The notes beneath the pieces are model-generated. The model was not told where the DNA came from. It worked only from the letters and a program-made list of their open reading frames with translations, and did no database searches. A DNA stretch of 59,283 nt, filler included, from Jimgerdemannia flammicorona (taxonomy: Eukaryota), in the NCBI GenBank assembly GCA_003990765.1. It is 2 parts of 2 records of this genome, joined end to end, with 100 filler letters (N's around TTAATTAATTAA, not from the genome) between each part and the next. Parts side by side here need not be neighbours in the genome. Positions count along the whole stretch, not along the records: positions 29,707 to 59,283 come from RBNJ01000483.1; 1 more part is not named here. The stretch is one strand, 5' to 3'. Positions within the stretch are counted from its first letter, which is position 1. Every line of letters starts with the position of its first letter. Made by a program: the position numbers and the translations under genes. This document shows positions 50,957-59,283 of the stretch, one piece after another.

Positions 50957-51799
50957 ACCGAAAGCATAAAAGGGGGCGTGATGAGGTCATTCTGGGACTT
51001 CCTATTGAGGAGGTCATTGTCTATATGGGCCAATGTGTTGGTTGGTAGGCAAGCAGTGCTGATGCCGGCTGGCTGATGATGGTTTGAAACATGCACCAGA
51101 CAGTATCTGGGTTGCCAATATCCAGCTCCGGAAAGGATGCTTTAAGTGTGCGAACTTGTCGGTCAAACTGCTGAAGGGCAGCTCAGTCATAATGGTCATT
51201 GATGGCCTTGATGATAAAGATGATATGTGCAAGTAGCTGTGCAGTAAGTGCAGTGTCAGGGGTAGTCCGAGTAGTGCCCAGAGACAGCAATACACCCCGA
51301 ATGTTGAAGATGGCTTCAAGCCAGAGTGGTAGGTCGAGATCGCGGTCTGGTGGATGTGAATCAGGTTTTTGCCAATTGCTTGGATGTGATAGCAAGACGT
51401 TGCCTGTCTATTTGGCCAGTATTTGGTATTCCCCTGCCTCAAGTGAGGTCAGCAGCTCCGATAGAACCCAATCACGACATAGAATGGCATCAGAGATGAA
51501 TGGGGGGTTAGATGACTCACCATTTAAAGGGTTTGAAAACCATGCTGGTAAGGGTGCCAATGGGGTTGGCTGTGGTAAAAGTGAAGGAACTGCCAGAGAG
51601 GTGAAGGTAGCTGGAAGAGAGAGTACTGGTGGTAAGCTGGGTGGTAGGACTGGAGGGGGGTTGGTGTTGGCTAAAGGTCCATGGAGACATGCCGCAAGTG
51701 TGGAAGTAGCTGTTTGATCAATGCATCGACTTCATGACCATCAGGGAGCAGTGCTGGAGCCAGCACCATAAGTTCGGCGACTGGGAAATTGGGGCCAGG

Positions 51800-52003
51800 T
51801 CAATGAGCATCGAGACATGTAACCAGGGTGGCCTTTTGACCATCTATGGAGAGGTCATGTTCACAGCAGAGTGTGATGAGCTGGTCCTTGCGCAACATAC
51901 ATAGGCCAGTTAAGTTGGGAATTGATGGGGGTGTGTGTGGAGCACCAGGTGCTGGAACTGGGGGATCAGATGGTAGGTCTTGAGACCGACAGATAGGTGA
52001 CAT
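51800..52003 (-). pseudogene. SAP DNA-binding domain at the N-terminus of the DIRS-like gag ORF
   Basis: LCMLRKDQLITLCCEHDLSIDGQKATLVTCL fits the SAP consensus LxxLxxxQLxxxCxxxGLxxxGxKxxLxxRL. A Pro-rich and gag-like sequence follows at 51180-51790. Confidence 0.7.
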
Positions 52004-52769
52004 AATGTATCTGAGAGATAGTGCATGAAATCGATTGATATGAATTACTAATGACGATTGCTAGAGTATGTTGAGGGAAATGTGTGACCACTGCCTAACT
52101 CTTGGCCATGCGGTTGGAGCTCGGGCTAGCTAAGGTAGGGTGCAGAAAGCGATTGAAACTGACTAAGCTAAGATGGTGGATTGCATGATTACATTGTATA
52201 AATGTTTAAGCACATGGTAGGGTACAGGAAGCGATTGAAACTGACTAATCTAAGATGGTAGTTACATTGCGTGATGAATGTTAGACGCACAAGTGTTAAG
52301 CGCAATGGCCACTTTGCTGCATTTTGAACTACATTCACAACTATATTATATATAGTACTATTAGTTAAAGAGTTGTAGAATACTTAAAAGACAGGTGAAA
52401 AGAAGCATAATTGTTTATTGATAGCTTATATACTTTTATATATATTGATAATATTTATATAATGATATAGTCAGACTATAACTGTACTACTATATATCAA
52501 GTTACTATAATGAAAATATTTCAATACTTCAGCAAAATGAGATATATGTCTCAGAATATACAAATAAAAGAACTGTGTAAACTAAATATGATGAACTGGA
52601 TGCTAGTAAGATGACTGAAAAAGGCCAAAATTCTCTACTTATAAGTATAAATATAAGTCAAGAATATAGTAGAAGATCAGCAATATAGATTCAGATCTAT
52701 TTATAAATAAAGAGAGGTGGAGGCTTTTCAGTATTTTAAAACTTCCTATTATTGCTTTATTATTATTAT

Positions 52770-53413
52770 TATTATTATTACTTACTATTTGCTAGTATAT
52801 AGTTTCTGTTTACTAGTATAGAATTATTCATAAGTTAAAATTTACCTTTAAATGGCTTTAGTCAATATATCTGTCATCATATACTCTATTCTAGTATATT
52901 CTGAGTATATAGTGCTGTTTTCTATATATTTTTATATAAAATAATATTATATATCAATATGTTTAGTCTTTGTATAATATATAGGGTTCTTTGCTATAGC
53001 AGTTATAGATTGATTATCTTGTTGGAGTAGTATAGAGTGGTATTGAATATATTCTAACTCTCTTAGCAGTTTCCATAGCCATATAGCTTTCTTGTTTACT
53101 ATAGATAATATTTGGTACTCAGCTTGTATAGTTGATATTGCTACTGAAGATTGCTTATATATTTGCTATAAAATAGCTCTGTTTTTGATGATTCAAAAGA
53201 GATATTCAGTCCTAGACCATCTGTCATTCATGTTACTAGCCTAATAAGTATTATATATACTAAATAACCTTATAGTACTCCTGCTTGATCTATTATTGCT
53301 TAAATATAGTATATAGTATACTGTATTATTAATGTATCTGAAAATATACTTAATTGTAATCTAATATAAATTATTATAGTAGGATGAGTACTGTATCATA
53401 TTATTAAATGTAT
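52770..53413 (-). pseudogene. Second heavily mutated copia RNase H remnant
   Basis: The minus strand reads KQSSVAISTIQAEY and MMTDILTKAI. Confidence 0.7.
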
Positions 53414-56400
53414 TGTAACAAACCAAAACATACCACCTGAATTAAAACTTAGCCAGATGATGTGAACAATTAGTATACTTACCCAGCATAACATAACTTC
53501 CAGTATATCATAGTTACTCATACCTGCCATACTTATAATTAGCCAGGATACCAGATCAGAGTTGTTTATCTATATCCTGAAGACACATCTGTGTCTGGCA
53601 GACACACTCATGTCCTGCAGACACACTCATATCCTGCAGACACACTCATATCCTGTGGACACACCTGTATCTAGAAGATACACCCAAACATTACCAGAAG
53701 TAGTAAATCTATAGTTAGCCATATAACAACTAGATAGCAACCACAATGTATCAATTACCCCAGAGATAAGAGTAAATAAACCTCAGTCCAAAATACAAAT
53801 ACCAAAGAAGCCTCTAAATATTGAGCATTGGTCCCCTTTCTACTCCAGTCCACTTTCTGATATAAAGCTGAAGATTTGCCACCAAGTTCAAGGAAGAACT
53901 ATGCCACCTTTTGAAGAGAAACCTGCTGCTTAAGGAATAAGCCATGCTTTTGATATGCTTGCCAGACTAAGCCTGAAGAATTCAAGTTTGTCACCTAAGT
54001 TCAAGGAAGAACTTCACCACCTTTGAAATTATTGTTATTAGTACACTTGTCAGATAAGCCTGAAGAACCCAAGTTTCTACCATCCAAGAGAAAGCTGCCT
54101 TGCTCAAGCCAGTTTCTGATGCAACTTCACAGTGACCCATTCATGCAAATGAAGCCAGTCTTTGATGTAACTTTGCCAAGAGACCCTTTCCCAAAAAGCA
54201 GCCAGCATATTTTCCAGTTGAAGCCACCATTTCTGAGTTATCCACATTCCCAACAAACCCTGCTAATTCAGGAAGAATCTGCGACACCTGAGTTATTATT
54301 CCCAGAAGAGTCCAATTCAGAAGAATTTGTATTATCTGAGTTATTTCTCAGAGAGTCACTGGTTAGGAAGAATCTGTAACATCTGAGTTATTTGTTTGTT
54401 CCCAATAAGTCTGGTATAGAAGAATCCACTACCAGTATAATTCCCAGTGATATACAAGAACTCTGCCAATTTAAGAGAATCTGCACTAAATCAAGAAGCC
54501 TGCTAAGATCATCCTACCAGAAATTACATACTTTTGGAAATCAGCATACTACATAGAGATCATTATGCAGAGATCACCCACCACTCAAGAAGGAAAACTA
54601 CTAAATTTCTAGATTATCATATATAAGGAGATCATTGTACTACATATGAAATTCTACTAATTTCCAGTTGATCCAAAAAGGAAACCCATTTACAAATTGC
54701 TACTATATCCAGAGAACAGTCCCAATTAGGAAATTGACACACAAATCACTCACAGATATCCAGATTGACTATTATACCACTAAACACCAAGGACTTCAGG
54801 AATCTTAGAATATTTTGTTGCTTTTTGACAAAGTAACTGGGGGCTCAAGCCAAACTACATTAACCCCCAACCTTGTAATTTGCCTCCATTGAGCCAGGCA
54901 TGTTACATTTGGGGGCTCAACTGGGAAGATTTCAAAATTGACATGACTTTTCAGCTTGCAAGAACCCACTGTCAAACTGGATATATTTGATATAACACCA
55001 ATCTCTGCCACTACAGAAGAACCAGTTATCACCAGTATATAGACAGGAAAAGAAGTAATCACATCAAGACTTACCAATTATCCAGTATCAGAAGAATCCC
55101 AACTAGAACCAGAAGCCAGTACAGCTCGAAATCTCCAACCAGATCAACTAGAAAACACCAGTGACCCTGTTGGAGATTTTGAAGAACTTGTACAAGAACT
55201 AGAAGATCTTATCACACAAGCCCAAGATCTTACAGCCAGATACCCCATACCAGTTCCATCAATCTCACCAATAGAACCTTTACCACAAGCCCTTGCAGAA
55301 TTGGAAGTAGTTCCTGCAAGAATACCTAGACTCATTCCACTTCATCCAAGGTTCAGAATACCATCCTCAGGATACTGAAGCACCCCCATCTCAAGTGACA
55401 GCTCAGAAAGTGAATCAGAATCAGAATCTGAACCAGAACCAGAATTAGAAGAAAGTGACAATGAAATGGCCACCTTATTTCCAACCTTTGCAGGATATCC
55501 AGAGGAAGACACCAGGGAATTCCTTAATAGAATTGAAGGAATTGCAGCTCTGAGGAATCTCTTAGATGAAAGCAAAATCACCATCTATAAAGCTCAGCTC
55601 AGAGCACCAGTCAGAGGAGTTTTCCACTAGACAGCTGATGACCCAAACCCAGAACTAGCAAGACAGATACAAGCAGCAATGTCTTATGAGCTAGAATATG
55701 TAGCTATGGCCCACTAGCTTATTGAAAAGTATGCAGGAAATGAAACCCACCACAAGGCTCAAGAATCCATCATAGGGATGAAGATGAAACTTAGAGAATC
55801 ACCCAGAGCCTTCTTTACAAGATTCCAGAAGAGAATGTATACCACTGGGTTCAATGCTACCAACCAAGACATTATAGGTCCAATGATGTTCATGAATGGA
55901 ATTCCCCCAAACATTGTCCAGCATATCTGCACCCTAGACATCAGATGGTCTGAAGAGCAAGTAGATGCAGCCCAAGAATTCTTTGATATCAGACAAGAAA
56001 CTATCTGGAGTAATCATAATAAGAAAGAAGATAAAGAAGACATCCTGGTCAAAGCCCTACAAGGACTCCTTCAAGGACATTAAAGATCTGAAGAAAGAAG
56101 GCCAGCCAAAGAAGGAAAGAAGGATAGAAATGAATCCAAGACCTTAGCTCCAAGTTGGACCAATTGGTTGGACAGATTGAAAAACTCACTATATGCAAAA
56201 ATCAGAGCTACCAAGATAACAGAGAATACTCACCACAGAGGAGTCAAGGTTATCCACTAAGAGATAACAGGAATTACCAGTAAGAAGAAAGAAGATACCC
56301 TGTCTAAGACAGAGCTCAAGTCCAATGCTTCTACTGTGGACAATTTGAACACTATGCCACTGAATATGACAACAGAAGAAGTGACCAAAGGGACCCAGAA

Positions 56401-59268
56401 CCATCAAACCAAAGAAGTGATACTCAGTATAAGAAGACTGAAGCTCACCTTGTTGAAGATTTTGAGGAGACAAGCAACAGTGAAGACTACAGTGACCTGG
56501 ACTTGTACCCTACCAGGGTTACTACTCGAAAAATAGTCTACTCAGTAGAGAAAAGGAAGAGACCTGTAGGAAGACCATCCCAAAATATCAGCAGAAGAAT
56601 CATCCAAGAGGAAGACAAAGAGCATAAAGAAGAACAAGTAGAGACACCCCTCCAGACTCCTTCACCTTTTGTCCCTGAGACAAATGAGCTACCACCAGAG
56701 GAAAAGGTAATGGAACAAGAAGAATGGAAACCTGCTGCTTAAAAGCCCAAGAAGAAGTATGCCCTGAAGACCATGCCTAGAGACATCTACAATGAAGCCT
56801 GGCAGAAGATTCAAGAGGCAAAGATGGAAGTCCCTATGCTGCAGTTCCTGCAACTGACACCAGTCAGAGTCTGAAACAAATTGCAAAAAACCACCAGGTC
56901 TAGTACTGGTCAGATTCCAATCTCACAGCAAGAATCAGTTCCCATCCCTGTCCAAGCAGCTGAAAGACATGTCAGCACCTACCTATATAGAGATATTGAA
57001 GAACAAAAGGTGAAAATCCTCATAGACATAGGAGCAGCTGTCTGTGTCATTGCCAAACAGTTCCTGGATACCCTCCAATTGCCCATTGATAGACCATTGA
57101 ATCTCAGCATCATAGTAGCAGATGGAGCCCAAACTCAACTCCTTGGAGAAGTACGAAATATCACCATCTCTCTTGGACACATTCAGTTCTCCACCCTGAA
57201 AGCTGTTGTCACCAAAGCTGTCACCTATGACATGATTCTTTATACCAACTGGATGAAGGTAATGAATACAGTTGTTGACATCAGTCAACAGGTACTCAAG
57301 TTCGACTACTGAGGCAAGAAGTACAGAGTTAAGGTGACTAGCTATGATCAATTGAAGAAGAAGAAGAAGAAGGTCACTATTCAGAAGGAATATGCCAGTA
57401 GTGAAGAGTCTACCACAGAGGAGGAAGAAGAATCTGAAGATGGAAATGATCCCAGACTCAACCCCAAAATTAACCTAGTAGATGGTAGACCAGAAGACAA
57501 TGTATGGGCCAAGAACACCATCCCTATTATCATGAGAGCCATTGCAGGAGAAATCAAAGGATGCCCCACCTGCCTCAAGAGACACAAGTATCCCGAGCAT
57601 TTCTCCAAGATCATGGGAACAAGAAAATCACCTGGCACAGCCTGCCCTGAGTGCAGAAAGAAGAAGAAGAAATGCTGACATGCTCCAGAAATACCTGCAG
57701 CCAAAGCTGCAGAAGTGCAAGCAATTTCGGAACAAGAATCATCCAAAGAAGAAGAAGTCTCTGACCAAGAAGTTTCTGAACAAGAAGTTTCTGAACAAGA
57801 AGTATCTGAAGAGAAAGAAGTCCCTGAACTCATTCCCTGGGATGACCCTCTCTGGACACCACCCGAAGACAATGACTCTTGGAATATGGAAAAAGGACCC
57901 AGTACAATCACCATTATCCCCAAGAAAGAAACTCACCAAGAAAAGGATTTTCGGCTAGAAATATGTCCACACCAAATGGTCTTCCACTCTCCCCAAGACT
58001 ACTGCTATCAGTGCCATCTACTAGACCAACAGGAGAGATAGCAACCCCAGAGATCAGAACTCCCAAATTTAGTTGCACAGTCAACTACCTTCCAAGAAGT
58101 TACCATCAAGTTGCAAAGCCAATTCAGAGGACAAGGCCTCTTTACCCAGACAGAAGTATACCCCTTGTCTACTCTTCCACCCACTTATGACCAAGATGGG
58201 TACTGATTCCCAAAACAACAAGAGATCAACAACCAGGAACATTATTTCCAAGTAATGGGATATTGCAACCATAGAAGACACCCAGACCACCAAGACTCCA
58301 GACATCAGAAGATACATCTCAGTCATTATGTTGTAGTTCACACTTTGAAGAGTGGAGATAACTGAAGCCAGATCTGGAAAAGCCAGACCAAAAAGCTAGG
58401 AAGAAGGACCCTCAAGATCTATGATATAGGAGAAGACATCCTAGCTCTCATCAGACATACAACCCACTAAGGATGGGCAGAAGATGCTACCAACTTCATG
58501 GATGCCCTAACCCTACAGGAAGAAGAGGAATCAACTATCTCCAAGACCCCTCTACTGGAGCCAGATGGCCACACCTCAATCTTAGAGTCTGGAGGCTCTC
58601 TTCTAGTGGAGCTTCACCCCTAGAACAGCTCAAACTCAGCAAGGACATTGCCCAGTATGCCCTGCTATATCCTAAGGCCAAACCCCCAACCAAAACCCAC
58701 CTATAAGATGTAGGGTATGATCTTCACAGTCTGAAGGATGAATTTATCAAGTCCGGAAAGACATTCATGATCAGAACCAGACTAGCCATGCAGCCACCTC
58801 CAGGAACTTATATACAACTGACCTCAAGGTCTGGACTTGCCAGATAAGGAATAACTGTAGAAGGAGAAACCATTAACCCAGGATATATAGGTGAAATCAA
58901 GGTCATTCTACACAATAGTAGTACAGAATGGCACTGAATCATTAGAGGACAGAAGATTGCCCAAGCAGTCTTCATAAAGGTCAAGACCCCACAACTATAA
59001 GAAGTTTCTGAACTGATAAAGGAACAAGACAAGCCAAAGGATTTCGGAGCTCAGATAAGAAGAAAGTATATCTCCTTCAAGTCAATCACCTCAAGAGGAA
59101 TGTTCCCCAGCAAGTGTATCACCAACTATTCAAACTGTACAAGAATCTCATTCTGGAGCCAGGAGAACAAACTACCTTCGAAATCTTTGCACCACCCAAC
59201 CCCAGAAACCTTTTCTTTGAACCCAAGGAAGATATCCCCAACCTGGACATAGAGGGATATACATTCCC
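53414..59268 (+). mobile_element. Family B LTR element copy 3 (5' LTR 53414-54907, PBS, gag, protease, dUTPase 58653-59050)
   Basis: Colinear with copy 2 up to ~150 bp before the expected 3' LTR. Motifs ILIDIGAAVC, DVGYDLHS, TSRSGLA and RQAKGFG are present. Confidence 0.9.
54910..54926 (+). promoter_or_regulatory. Primer binding site of family B, probably tRNA-Pro
   Basis: The sequence tgggggctcaactggga lies 2 nt after the LTR and resembles the tRNA-Pro PBS TGGGGGCTCGTCCGGGA after CpG decay. Degenerate versions occur at ~26937 and ~43341. Confidence 0.65.
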
Positions 59269-59283
59269 TTTTTTTTTTTTTTT
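59269..59283 (-). repeat. Poly(T) run interrupting copy 3, possibly the tail of another LINE insertion
   Basis: Absent at the equivalent position of copy 2 (~47680). It is cut by the window edge. Confidence 0.4.

Larger units (their letters stand above)
49595..52321 (-). mobile_element. DIRS/Ngaro-type (tyrosine-recombinase class) retroelement fragment with short terminal inverted repeats
   Basis: Contains a gag-like region and an RT. The ends tatagcaaagtg and cactttgctgca are imperfect inverted repeats. It retains many CpGs, unlike its flanks. Confidence 0.7.

Overview
Eukaryotic DNA, very probably fungal. The short GT-AG introns, 84-nt RI-type LRR exon and BTB-SPRY genes resemble TE-rich early-diverging (Mucoromycota/Endogonales-like) genomes, but this assignment is inference only. 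The window has three compartments. (1) 1-11.5 kb is a nest of decayed retroelements: a LINE 3' end, a Ty3/gypsy pol with its 3' LTR, and an inserted 6.4-kb LTR element carrying gag-dUTPase-protease but no RT or integrase. (2) 11.5-25.7 kb is a CpG-rich gene island. It holds an intact BTB-SPRY gene and its pseudogenised tandem copy, an orphan LRR exon, a disrupted secreted Cys/Gly-rich Kex2-module precursor between direct repeats, and an intact 99-aa small secreted Cys-rich protein. (3) 25.7-59.3 kb is a second TE nest. It holds three copies and a relic of a second RT-less, dUTPase-carrying LTR family, a full-length LINE with a 14-bp TSD, Ty1/copia relics, and a DIRS/Ngaro-type RT fragment with a SAP domain. 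An artificial gap linker lies at 29607-29706. The most notable observations are two unrelated non-autonomous LTR families that both kept dUTPase, and a strong C-to-T hypermutation of TEs that spares a duplicated host gene.
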